Under the pieces are notes generated by a model that made no database searches, was not told where the DNA came from, and saw only the letters and a program-made list of their open reading frames with translations. The translations under genes were made by a program, and so were the position numbers. A stretch of DNA of 63,871 nucleotides, filler included, from Intoshia linei (Eukaryota > Animalia > Orthonectida): the NCBI GenBank assembly GCA_001642005.1. It is 6 parts of 6 records of this genome, joined end to end, with 100 filler letters (N's around TTAATTAATTAA, not from the genome) between each part and the next. Parts side by side here need not be neighbours in the genome. Positions count along the whole stretch, not along the records: positions 20,872 to 49,256 come from LWCA01000416.1; positions 49,357 to 54,737 come from LWCA01001791.1; 4 more parts are not named here. The stretch is one strand, 5' to 3'. Shown piece after piece: positions 37,196 through 50,688 of the stretch (position 1 is its first letter; every line of letters begins with the position of its first letter).

Positions 37196-40100
37196 TTAAT
37201 TCTTTGACAATTTTTTCTTTTTTTGCATCATAAATGAAAGTTTTTCATCATTTGAAAACACTGTTTTATATTTTCCAGTCTCTTTTTCGTGCTAAATTAA
37301 AAGTTTAAACATAATTTTAATAAATTACATCAGGACGCAAGCGCAATGTCGAAAATTTTCGTTCAATTTGTTCAGTTTCCAGAGGTGTCGGACTAGGGTT
37401 AATTGAAGGTTCCCTCGATTTCTCAAATTTCAATCGAGTAATTCTGTCGTGCACCATAAACGATGCTCTATCTTGATACGACTAAAAGTTAATGAAACAT
37501 TAATTTTTTTAGGAATAATATTATCATTTTGATTAATGTTACTTGTATGTGCATTTCTAATTCAGTTCTTTGGCGGGCTGATGTATCAAATACTACAATT
37601 TATTTTAAAAAAGTCTTTTTCATATTTTACCCGTTGTAGCTTCCGAATCTCGTATTTCACGTTTCTTTTCAATCATGTTTGATATCTTAAGTAAAATAAT
37701 AATTACATCTTTCTTGTTTTATAATTATAAAAAAAGTAGTGTATGAGCAATTTTAAGAAATTTAGGAAATCTACAGATTTAAAATTGGTCAAAAAAGTTT
37801 GATAATAACTGGTTTATTATATACCATTCCGGTGACTCTGAGTTGATGCTGATTGGTGACTTTATCAAGTTTGTTGCTTTGAACTTTTAATTTATGTATA
37901 AGAGCGTCACGAGAATATTCGTCTTTATCCGAGTCTACGTTTCGAATCTGGGCAGATTTTTCTTGTCGTTTCATAAATTCTGCCAGTTTGCTTTGCTTAG
38001 CTTTCAATTCCTTTGAATTTGATATTTGCATTCGTTTTTTCTCTATTCTTTCTCTCAACTAGGATTACAAAATAGATACGCTAATATTTTATATACCAAA
38101 TCATATTGCTTTTCTTTAGTTTCTAGAGCTTTTTCGGAATCAATTTTATCTTTTTTGCTGCTATCTCTGATTAAACTTGCCGTAAATAAAGACTCTCGCT
38201 CTTTTATATCGATTCTATTCATTTTTGCCATCACTTTATCTCTAGATTTTTGCATAGCCCGTTCTAGCGCCTACATTATTATGGTTTAATTATTAAAATT
38301 TTTAAATTGATACTGCAATTTGATTTTCTCTTTGTATTTCCAATTCTTTCAATTCTTCTTCATAATTTACATCAGATTTATTTTTGTCTAATATTTAATT
38401 TAAATATTAAAAAATTTAATTCTAATTATATAATTACTCAATTCGTTTTGCTTTTCGTTAAAAGCAATATCAATTTCGTTTAAAATAATATTCTTTTTTT
38501 CTTCATCTTTTCGATTAGTTGCATCCGTATCATCTCCTTTTAAATTTAAATTGAACAGCATACGCCATACATTATTAAATTTGTTTCCATTTAAATTATC
38601 TTCCAATGTACATTTCATTTTTTCTAGCTCTTTGTCACTCTAAAAACTAACGTATTTATGTTTTCAGTAAAAAATTACAGATCCACTAATTTTATCGTTG
38701 ACAATTTGACTTTCAATATCCTGCTCGTTTTGCAAAAATACCATGATATCTATTAAAATTGACATGTCTGTCAAGTTTTCTTTGTATATATACAATTCTG
38801 AATAATTATAATTATAATTATTATAGATTAAGAGTGATTTTACTTTGCAATTGCAAATATATAGTGTCCTCTAAAATATTAGCTAAAACGTTTTTTTCTA
38901 TAATTTCGTGTTGTGCAATTAATTGTATCGCCGATTCGTTTTCGTTCAATCTTGACGTTATTTGCTATAAATACAGTTTATTAAATTTTAATTCAAGAAA
39001 TGCCTCGTTTGACAAAGACGTGTATTGAACGGGTTGATTTTTGTTGAGATTACACAAAATTTCCCGCAATAAATTACATTCAGCATTATGTTTACACACC
39101 AAAATTTTGAAAATATATTCAGTCACATTTTTTGAATCTAATTTATCTAAATAGAAAGGTACGTAATCGTTATTCACTCAATATACAAATACCATATGTT
39201 GTTTCAATTTGCTTGAATTTTTCAGATAATCGTAGTGATGCTTTTTGTCGTTGTCGTTCAAAATTGTCACTTAATCTAAAATGTAAAAAATATCAAATTA
39301 ATTCGCTTCTTCTTATATACCATTTCAAGTGTTTTATATCATTTTAAATTAAAAGGTTCAAGTTTAAAAAAATGCAGCCCTTATGGAATACTATAACCTT
39401 AAATGTTAAAATAGACTTTATTTTATCGATATTCCCGAGGCGTGGGTGAAGGTACGGAACCTTATATAATACGGATGGTTATTTTTTTCAATCATAACCA
39501 AGGGTAACCGATTTGTTGGTTTTTATTACAATCAAAAACAATACTAGTAACTTTGCTGGTACCAGCTAATTTTTTTATTTTTCATTCATGGTTGCTAAAA
39601 TTTTGGTTTTTTATTTTGTGGTTAGATTAAGAGTTTTTTTCGTAAGGTTTGGTAAAATCAAAGTTTTCAAAAAAATGTAATAAAAGAGATTTTACTTTAA
39701 CTTAAGGCTTAAGAGTTAATAAAATTCACTTTTTTTTTTTTGGCGTTGGAATAAGTAATTTTTGTGAAAAATTTTTTTGTAAAATCATTAAATGGGGATT
39801 TTTACATAATGAGCTTGAAATGGTATTTTTTATTAAATATTATTAAATTTTATTTATGGTGTGATAAAAATGGGATTTTTAAAATAATAATTTAGCGGTT
39901 GTATAGGCTTTAGGATAAAATCCCAACATCGCGAAAATCTGCAATAATGTATTTTACAAAAATAAACTAATTTTTCTAGAATAATACCAGCAAGTGCTGG
40001 TAACCCCTTTATATTATAACTCATAAAAATAATTTCAACAAATATAATCAATTATTCAAAGATTAAGAAATTTAAATTAACTTACAAATGTTCATTATTG

Positions 40101-43100
40101 TCGAAATCAGTTAGAACTAGAGCAGCTTCATTAAATCTTTCAGTTTTTTTAATAGCTACTATATTTTGTCTTAAAATAGCAGATACCATTTCCTTTTCTC
40201 TTTGAGATACCAAATCGGATTTATTTCTTTCGAATAACCCTATTAATTTTTCATATTCATCTTGATAATTATCTTGTATTTTTAGCAATGTTCTCTAAAA
40301 ATTAATTAATTAGTTATTTAAAAATCGTATATCTTAAGTTTTGTAAATTAATAAAAATTAAGATAAATTGAATATTAATAATATTAAAGATATAAATAAA
40401 GATTATAATCGTTAAATATAATTATAGAAAGCGACTTATTACGGTTACGTGTTTAACCCTTAAACTTTATTTGATTGCAAACATTAACACATTTTAAACT
40501 TTAAAATTTAAAGTATCACATTAGAGTTCAAAAGAATTATGGATACTCTACGTCAGTGGTTATCAACGTAGATGTTAGCGCCCCTAGGGGCAGTGCAATC
40601 AATTTTATTAAAAATATTAAATATTAAATATATTATATTTGATATTGTTGAAAAAAAATTTCTCTTATTTATTTTTTATTATGGGGCTGTGAGCCTTCAA
40701 AATGTCTTTATCCAATAATATATTCTGAAATGTCAAGGAGGTTATTGTGTTTTCCAACATCTTACATGATTGAAAGTGGATTCAGTTCTGTAAACAAAAT
40801 ATTGAGTAAAGATAAATGTAAAATTAATATATATCAAACGGGAGATATTGTTATCAAATTACACAGTATAACACCAAAAATTAAGGAGTTAGTATTCAAT
40901 AACCAGGCGCAAGGATCACATGATAATAAATACAAATTATTTTCCTTTTTTTTCGATTATTATAGATTTTATAAAAATTACAGTTCATTTTATTAATTTA
41001 ATTAAATTTTGTAAAAACCTCTTAAACCCTTTTTAAGTTGAATTAAACAATATTCCCAACAATTTTACGTGTTTTATGTTATATGATCAAAAATTATAAG
41101 TGTTGTAAATATTTAAATAAAATCTCTTTATATATTGTGAGAATTTCTTAAACTTTAAGTTATATCCTTTTTAAAATTTTTTAAAAAAATATTCCTTTAA
41201 ATCCGTATATTAATGTATTCATTATTTCAGTAAAATCTGATTAAATTTGGTAAAAACATCTTAAACACTTTTTAAGTCTTTTAAATATTTACTTAAAATC
41301 TCTTAAATTTTCTTTAGATTATTGTAAAGATAATTAGTTATTTTTCTTCAAAATGTCATTAAATTTAACAAAAATCTATTAGACGATGTTTAAGTTTTTT
41401 TGAAAATATATTCCATAACTTTAATCCCTAAAATCCCACAATATTAAGTTAAAGCCGTAAACCAACAACCCCCAAAGTTTTTTCGCCGTAGACCCTAAAC
41501 ATAATAATATGTAACTGCATAAATGTTTTATTTTTTAAAATTATTTTATACAGACCCGAAGGTTAACATGGATAAATTCAGCACTCTGTTTATAATTAAT
41601 TATGATTAATTAAAAATGCATCAAAATGATGTGGAAGAACGTTGACCACTATTCTATACGAAATACATGTATTTTAAATTTTCCATTTTCAGCTTTACTG
41701 ATTCTAGAGGCATAATATTAATATAAAATTACATTTCCCAAATCAACATTACTAACATCCTCAACATGTAGCAAATGATCAACCAAAGTATCTGATACGT
41801 CGAGATTATTTTCTTTACGTTGCTGAATTAATAATTTCCTTCTTTCTAATCTATCAGCCAAGTTATCTTTATATTTATTTTTGTTAAAAGACACCATTTG
41901 ACTAAATTCTATAAAAAATATAAATACATGTAGGATGATTATAAATAACCAGCATCCATGTTATTCAATATTTTAAACATTTGACGTATCCCTTCGTTGT
42001 TTTTATCTGCTCTAAACGTGGATTCGTCAATGCGCATTTGAACTAGTCTTTTATTTCTTTCAAATTCGTTCAATTTCTTATACTCGGATTCACCAAGTTG
42101 AGATATCAACAACTAAAATATTAGTTATACCAAAGACACAAAAACGTTCTCTTACACCTAAAGATTATACTAAGATATAAAGATTACACTCTACCGACTA
42201 CGTATATATTTTCAAGTTTTAAGATTTGACAATATAATTTTTTTATATAAATGTACCTCCGAAAAATATCGATCTTGTAAAATATCATATTTGGTATGCA
42301 AGGCGGCCATAGCTATATCTTTAGAGCAAATATCTAAATTGTCAAAACTAGAAACTGTGCTCAAAAAATCATCATCCAGCAATTCATTATAATACTGTGG
42401 ATAATCTTGTACAGTATATTTACACAAATGAATAAGAGCATAAAAATCATATTCACACTTTTCAAATGAAAAATATAAATCGGATAATTCTTCGTTGGTA
42501 AAATTCTAAATAAAATTAAAAAGGAATGCAACGTATTACTGAAAATTTTTTATTAATTCGCCTTAAATGGAGAATGTGTAAAAACCCCATCATTTTGAAT
42601 ATTACACGTATAAAACAGTTTTCAATTTCTGTATCATCATGTTCGTTAATTTTTAGAATTAACATTTGTTGTAATATTCGATAGCCAATTATTTTCTTTA
42701 AAAAACAATTAAAATGGTAAAATTATATAATTATAATTAATAATGCATACTTCAATTAAAACTATAACAATTTCTCGGTTTTTGAGTTGATCCATTTCTA
42801 AAGAACACCTATCCAGTTTTATAATTAGACTTTTAATAATTTCATTCAATTGATCCGTTGATAAATTTTCTGCAATTCGCTCATTTAGACTGACTTTAAT
42901 TTTGTTTTGAAACTGCCAAATAACATTAAAATTACAATTTTTATTTAAAAATAAATTACCGTATAAAGTAAATCGTTTTCTTTAATGAAAAAGTTGATGA
43001 ATTTGGATGAAACCAAATTGCTAAACCATAATTTATTGTTAAATTTATAAAAATCTTTTTTATCAATGCATCGTGTATCATACGAAATAACGTAATCAGA

Positions 43101-46100
43101 ATCTTTTAAATTTTCAATGTTTATAGCCACATATGGTTCTCTAAATTTTTTATTATTATATTTGATATTTCAATATCATGTCCTTACTTTACAACAAATG
43201 TTTCGTGAAATGTATTAATTTGAGAATAATAACTATTCAAGTGTAATATTGTCACTACGTCAATTAGTATATAATTATATGCATTATATTTTTCCTTGTC
43301 CAGTTCCAGCATTTTTATTTCCTGTGTTAATTATGTATAATTCATCATTATTTTACCTGGATTATTTTTTCTTTGATATTATCAATTATATTTTCTACTA
43401 AATTATAATTTACAAATGTCAAAATACAAATACTTTCAATATCTGACGCATTATAGGTATACCACCGTGTATTTTCAAAATTTTCTAAATAAAAAATTTC
43501 ATTGGAAATTAAAATAATTTATAGTGAAATGTTTTACTCATTGTCGTTTTAAATTTGGAAACATTTCCACTCTCGAGGTATTGACGTTGCGATAAAATTC
43601 TTTCGTATATTTTTCTTTGTTTAGTTGCAAAGGATAATTGTTTGAATTGCTTATCTCCAACCTAGAATAAAGTAAATTATATAAAAAAATTTTAATGTAC
43701 CTCAATTTCATATAAACTTTTGTTGATTTCATATAAAATGGCAAAAAATTTCAAATTTTTGATACTATCAAACGTTTTATCCATATCAAATATATAATCA
43801 TTTTCTATTTTGAAAATCAGCAGTTCAATATTTTTCATGTAGCAGTTTTTTTTATGTAAAGATAATCTATATAAAATTTTTTGCAATTCATTTTCCTAAA
43901 ATTTCCATATTAAATTTTAATAAGTAACTTGAAATACATTAGAATCCGTAATACTGTTTAACAATTCATTCAATTGGTCATCTTGAATATTTTTAAGTTC
44001 ATTTAAAATTATAACTAATAATTCCCTTTGTGGGTAGTCTGGATATTTAAAACTTTTATAAAGTTTCATTCCAAAATTAACCAATTCTAGATATTCTGAT
44101 TTGGCTATATGTAATATATTTTCCTATTAAATATTAACTAAATATTACAAAAACTATTATCCAGAATTTTCTCAATACACAACATTTTCATAATGTTTAC
44201 ATCTTCTTCTATTTGACTGTAATTCAACATAGGTGTTTCCAGAATAAATTCGTTTCGGACTAGATATATTTCTTCATCTTGACAAATATTTGTGAAAATT
44301 TCCAAACATTGTTCCTAATTAGAATAAGAATAAGTACTAAATAAAATCCAACTTTAATAGATGAACTACTATCAATAAAAAGAGGATTATTTTGTTTGTT
44401 TTTTAAATCTATAATTCTTTTTAAAGTCAATTCAGTCAAATTATGATATTTTTCTTTGTCTCTACATTATTACATTTAATAATTAAAATCATAAATTACA
44501 ATAAATCTCGATCCTGGACATTTTTCCAAAGTTGACCGGCTTGAATTAAAAATGATTCAAAAAGTTGGGTTCTCTCTGTGTCAATTTTACATTTTCTCAG
44601 TTTCAATAATTCTAGTTGGCGTTGTCTTTCCGATTTATAATAACTTTTTTGACTTAAAAATGTTCTCAATAGAGTTTCTTTTTCCAACTCATAATTCATT
44701 CTTAGTAATTCAAATGGGTTTCTTTTTTTCGATGCAATCGATTCGATAGTTTGTAGTAATTTTTCTTCTTCATCTAAAAATGATTGTTTTAAATTTTTTA
44801 CTGAAATTTAATGGGAATGGAACACACGTTATCCATGTTAAATTTAACCGTTAAAACGTGATAATGACAATAAAAATTATATAACAAAAAAGAACAAAAT
44901 AATGTTAATAATTGTAATTTCGTCATTCCTGTAAACAGAATTTCAAAAAAATACATTTCCATGCAAAGAAATTACATTTTCAATACTAAAAGTACCTTTG
45001 GATAGCATTAACTTTCTGAGTCTTTCAGCTAATAATTCCTGTTGATTTTTGATACTTTCGTTAATAATATCATTTAAATCTTCTTCAAAGAGTTCACTTT
45101 GTTTCATTAAGCTTTTCCAGTAATCTATGGAGTATCATATTTTTTTATTTTTATAACAACAATTTTTTAGTAAATACACTATCGAAGCACTATAAACCAA
45201 AATTAAGGATAGAATAATTTTAAATTTTAATTGCAAATTAATGCGAAGCACCTAGTAAATATTTAAAAATGAATAACGATTTAAAAATAGTCATTTACTT
45301 GATAATGTTCATTTTTATATTTAATATGAAAATTTTACTAAATTCACTTAACTGAGGTCAATTCTCTTTAGATAAGAATTAATTATATTAAATCAATGGT
45401 TCCAGATTCAAACAGTTTGCGGACCCCATTTTCAAATATTTATTTTTTGGGTCCAAAGGAAACATGGAATATAAAACATTTATGACAAAATCGATTGTTT
45501 TTTTTCATTAGATTTCGTAAAATCATGTTTTTCAAAAAAATATTGGAAAAAGGAAATTTTTTCAAGAAGAGTTGATAAAATTGAATTTTTTATTTTGGGT
45601 TTTATATTAGGAAGTTAGCTTATGGCCCTATTGCTCATAAGATTTGGTAAAATTGAATTTTTCAAAAAAATTTTGTAAAAAGAAGATATTTCCTTTAAGC
45701 GTTGATAAAATCGTGTTTTTCAAAAAAAATATTGGAAAAGGGATTTTTCCATTAACATTTGGTAAAATTGAATTTTTTACGTAATTATGGCTAAAAGGAT
45801 TGGTTAATTTTTAATTTTTCTATTATTTTATAAAAATAAATAAGTAATAGGATTTTATCATTTATAAATAGACCATAAAAACAATACAAAATTTAATTTG
45901 AATGAATAATATTTTTAAATTGGCTTAATTTTATCGTGAGCCAGTTAAATCATACGTAATTAAATTATTTATATATATAACATTTATAAATTATAAATAT
46001 AAAATAAAAACCGGAATTATTGCGTTGCGCTAATCTTAACTCTAATAAACGCTTTTGTTTTTCAAGCTGAGACAGTCGGTTCCATTCGTCTTTACCCAAC

Positions 46101-46162
46101 ATTTTTTGTAACATTTCAAGCAGTAACCTATCATTCAAGGCATCGTATTTATCCGTTAAAGC
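37196..46162 (-). CDS. Large multi-exon coiled-coil protein with an internal repeat; 5' end not located
   Basis: More than 20 exons with short GT-AG introns and E/K/Q/R-rich helical translation. The checked 3' exons splice in phase to ...FMMQKKKKLSKN*. Not every junction was verified, so it could be two genes. Confidence 0.7.
40554..40925 (+). mobile_element. Internally deleted hAT Buster/Charlie element with C-terminal dimerisation-domain remnant
   Basis: TIR-like cagtggttatcaac at 40554. ORF 40730 reads FPTSYMIESGFS...GDIVIKL...P.IKEL...QAQGSH, the Buster-type C-terminus. Confidence 0.8.
45480..45780. repeat. Degenerate tandem repeat (about 60-nt unit), related copies near 39640-39810 and inverted near 9700-9800
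   Basis: Recurring tt(t/g)g(g/a)taaaattgaattttt / tttcaaaaaaatattggaaaa motifs. Confidence 0.5.
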
Positions 46163-47217
46163 CTTAAATTAAACTTTTAATCAATTTTTTTTAAATTATT
46201 TTTAAATTTATGTATGTCGAGGCCTATAAAAATTTTAATTTATACCCAAAAAATGTAGTCTTTTATATTTTAAAACAATGACCACGAAACGTTTTGACTC
46301 GCAGCCAGATAAAAAAACAAAAGTATCGCATCTACAATATCTTTTTATCAAACTAATGACATAATTAATACGTGTCGTATGTCAAAACAGTTACCATTTC
46401 AAAACGGTTACGAAATATAAAGTTCAGTTGTTATAGTCAAATTAAATTCAATTCAAAAATTTTATAATAGCAACACTAAAAATTGTTTTAACGTTATACA
46501 ATCCATCATGGTTAAGAATTTTACCTTTAAAACTGTGCAAGATAAAATAAATGTAATTAATTTTTGTCTTTGAAAGTTTTTGTCAATAAAATAATTTTTT
46601 TTAATGTAGAATACGACTTTAAACAATTAGACATTTAGATGACAATAAATCAAAAAGGCCATTTTTCAAACTCTACCCACCCACAAAGAAGGATATTGGT
46701 GAGGTAGATTGGGATACACGAAAGACTGTTCAATAAATAAATTATACGAATGTATCGATTTTAATTTATCTCTAATCCTACTAATCTTCTATTGTGTCAA
46801 ATGTGTAATGTAGCTGTCAAATTGGAAAAGTTGCTTTCTTTAGATTCTCACTAAAAGACAAAACAGCATGTGAAAAGTTATTATAAATAACATAGTGGAA
46901 AAAATTAAATTTTTTCCATTCAAAAAGTAAATTTTTTAATTCATAAAGGATGTAAAAATTTGATAAAAAATTGCCCTACAAATTGTAGTAATAACTAATG
47001 GTTAATGATCTGGACTTGACTATGTGATAAATCCTAAAATTCGAATATATATGTATAATTGAAACTGCAATTATAACGATTGAATTGAAATTTAATTAAA
47101 GGAAAGTAGTTTTCTAAAAATTCACGATCGTGGATTGGTGGTTATAATTTATATTAATAGTTTAAAAACAATTTGGATTAATTCTCAGACCACCATTCAG
47201 ATACTGACGTTTATTAA

Positions 47218-47418
47218 CACTCTCACATTCATGAACTGCATATTCAGTTTGGAATGTGAACTTTAAATTGACTCTAATTACTTAAATTATTAATTAAACA
47301 AACAAATTTTACAAACATGAATTTTCTTATACATTTTTTCAGGTCACTGATGAAATTGTGTCATTATAAAAAATAAATTTACAACATTTAATACAAAAAA
47401 TGTCTGAGTTCGAGAGTG
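47218..47418. mobile_element. Possible piggyBac-type MITE
   Basis: TTAA-cactctc ... gagagtg-TTAA, with short TIRs only. Confidence 0.4.
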
Positions 47419-48377
47419 TTAATAAGAATTGCACCTTAAAACTTTAAATATTACATTGAATATATCATCGTCAGTTGTGTTTTGGGACTGGCTTGTCAAA
47501 AAGTTTACCAGGCATTCATATTTTTTTGGTTCCTATAATAATGTTTACAGTTACAATATATTTCATTTATAAATATTTTAAAATGTAAATCAAATAGATA
47601 AGTGGTTTTTCGACCACTTTTGGAATGTTTATAAAAACAGTTTAGTATTAATAAATCTTAGTAGTATTGTTTTGTTTAACAACACATGGAATATGTAAAA
47701 TTATTTTATTTTTATTTATAACTTTTAGGATGTTTTACACATTACATATGAATTATAAATGCTCAATATTGGAAAATTTGAAAAACCTGTTGTCAAATAC
47801 AAATTGTACAGTGTACACATCAATAATCGGACAATTGGAAAGTACAATGTATATTAATTTTTAAATAAATAAATTTTAAAATTGGAAAAATCTCCACAAA
47901 TAAAATTTAAAGGGTGTTAATCTATCGGTTTGACCATTTATTTAGAAAACTGAGTCACTTAAATTTTTAAAGCAAAAATTGAAAGTCGGTTTATTCTAGC
48001 GGAGAAATTAAAATAAATTTCAATTTCAAAAATTTACACTTTCACCGCCAAAAACGCAAATTACCCTTTTTTTAAAGAAGGACATTAAAAATATGTCTGA
48101 ATTTTCCGATAACGGGATTATTTAATGTTATGCATTTTTTTGCTTAATATCGTAAATAGTTAAATTACCGTTAGTATGATTGAATTGTAGTACGTCGTTA
48201 AATGAAAGCGCTGAAATTTAATCAATTTTTCAATTAATAATATTCTACGATCAGCATTCGATAAGTTTTCATACTTGTTTTGGTTTGAACGCATATATAA
48301 TGCAGTCAATTCTTCAATGTTATTTTCAATATCTTGATCTACATGTACAAATGTATAATATATAATACATATAATAA

Positions 48378-49256
48378 TCCTTATTTATACTATACATGTA
48401 TATTAGGGTGTCACATTTTTTCGAAAATATTAGAATATGATGGATAGTTAGCACTAACTGTGTATTTTTAAAAAAGAAAATCAAAAACTACTAACGATAG
48501 ATATTCGATGTGCGTTTAATAATAGGCCATAACAAAATATAGTAAAATTAAAATATAATTTTATTTTTTTAAAACAGTGTGTAGTATCTATTAGTAGATA
48601 TCTTTGTCAAATAAAATTGTATATTAATTGGTTTTTCCCTAAAATACACCATTTGCACGCTAACCATCCTTGATTCTTTGATATGTGTGACACCCTAATG
48701 TATATTATGTATAATATGCTTTGTTTGTCAGTGTGTGTTATTGTTTATTTCAATAACTACCAGTCTTAGAATTTTATAAAGTCCACATTTCAATTAGTTT
48801 TTTCCGGGGTGTTAGTAAAATAAATTTCAATCTTAATAACTCACATCTTACGGGTCAAAAAGCCCAATTGTCCCTTTTTTGAAAATCAATAATGTATCCT
48901 AACTTATATAATATGCTACGCGATTTTTGTTTTTATGTGTGTGTCTGTGTGTTACGCTTTATTGAAATAATTACCAGTATTAAAATTTTTTAAAGACCAT
49001 ATTTCAATTACAGTTTTTTCCGGGACGTATAATAAGATAAATTTCAACCTCCCAAACTCACATCTTACGAGTCAAAAACCCCAATTGTCTCTCTTTTTGA
49101 AAATCAAACGAGTTGGAAAATTTAAAAAAATACATACTCTGATACGGATTTTAAAATCATAAATATTATTATAAATTTAAATTTAAAAAAATTATATCTT
49201 CAGGNCTGATACGGATTTTAAAATCATAAATATTATTATAAATTTAAATTTAAAAA
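48378..49256 (+). mobile_element. Two head-to-tail Helitron 5' portions (starts at about 48378 and 48897)
   Basis: A|TCctta... is interrupted by a hAT MITE. A second A|TCctaacttatataatatgc start runs into the gap. Confidence 0.75.
48404..48697. mobile_element. hAT-type MITE (294 bp) with a perfect 8-bp TSD
   Basis: atgtatat-tagggtgtcaca ... tgtgacacccta-atgtatat. Related ends occur at about 5908 and 60460. Confidence 0.88.
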
Positions 49257-50688
49257 NNNNNNNNNNNNNNNNNNNNNNNNNNNNNNNNNNNNNNNNNNNN
49301 TTAATTAATTAANNNNNNNNNNNNNNNNNNNNNNNNNNNNNNNNNNNNNNNNNNNNCCCCTTGGATCCGCCACTGTTAGTAAAGCGGATATTACCAAATC
49401 TTTCTGATATGATTTTTAAATTTTAATTAGGTTTTTAGTTTTAAAAAACACTTGTAACGCATTTAGAAAAAATAGGTAGCTTTGAATAAAATGTGTGCAT
49501 TCGTATGTACATTTTTATATGTATTTGATTAATTTTTTTAATCACTTATTTCAATTTGAAATAAATAAGTATTGCACCGATTGAATGTACGAATTAAATT
49601 TTTGATGTTTTTTCACACAAATTCAATTCATTGTCAAATTTCAATCTGTAGTATGTTATGTAGCTTACTTTTTATGTAGAAGTAAAATTGTGCACTCAAA
49701 TTATAATTATTAGAGTCTAATAATAATGTCTGGAAAAATTTCAAATTGTTCATTATTTTTTATATTTGAATGCATTTTCAATTATATTTGTCTTTCATCG
49801 TACCGACAATTTAAAGCTAAATTGTTTCATTCATAATCACTCTTACAATGTTGAATATAGCCAAACACAAATTGTGAGTCACCAATTGGAGTCACCATTG
49901 TTATGTATTATTTACAATGTTTTAACAATTCCGAAGTCGCGTGTTTTTTTTTTTTGAAAGAACATTTAGTTCTACTACATGTCAATGAAAAAAAGATATA
50001 TTTTAGAATTTTGTTCAAGATTAACGTGTTCACAAAATGAATATTTTCTGCAAATATATTTGGTGAACAATTCATTATTATTTATTTTATTAAGGCATAT
50101 ATTAATTTATTTTATGGTCACATTCCAATTTTTTTTGCAATATCAATAAATATACGTGGAAAAATATTTTATGGTGCGCTAGAGATATAATCTAATCTGA
50201 ATCCATCAACATGTAAATTATATTGTATATATTATTGTAATAAAGGAAACTCGCTATATGGAATTTTTTTGAATGTACGTTTTGTAAGTTGTACCTATTT
50301 TACGTGGATTTTTGGAACAGATTTTAAAAAATCAACGAATCATACACTACATCTCACTTTGTAATATGTGAAATAAATACATTTCGTATTCTGATTTTAC
50401 AAATATTATCTAGGAAGTGTTTCCTGGATATTATAAATACATAAAATTTGGTTAAATTAAATGAGTCGCATATCATCAACATTTCAGCGTAATTATGGAA
50501 CTAATCAAGTTAATGGTCAGGACGATAGCATGATACACAAAACTGGTTAATATTTTTTAAATTTCAAAATGTTTGTATCATTTTGTCTTACAGTACATTG
50601 TACTGTAAATGTAAATATGGGAAAACTATTTTTTAAAATAAATTTAAAAAATTAGTCGTTTTACGTATATGATTTGCGTATATGAATA

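Noticed and set aside
37329-37481. Suspected frameshift or dual-frame exon in the coiled-coil gene
   Set aside because: On recount the exon is 153 nt and reads through in phase (SYQDRASFMVHDRITRLKFEKSREP...RPD).
47222-47270. Hairpin containing a miR-1-like seed (tggaatgt)
   Set aside because: The rest does not match miR-1, the putative mature 3' half is unpaired, and it lies in a probable MITE.
49206-49256. Direct repeat of the preceding roughly 50 bp
   Set aside because: It sits between a single N and a gap, so it is an assembly overlap artefact.
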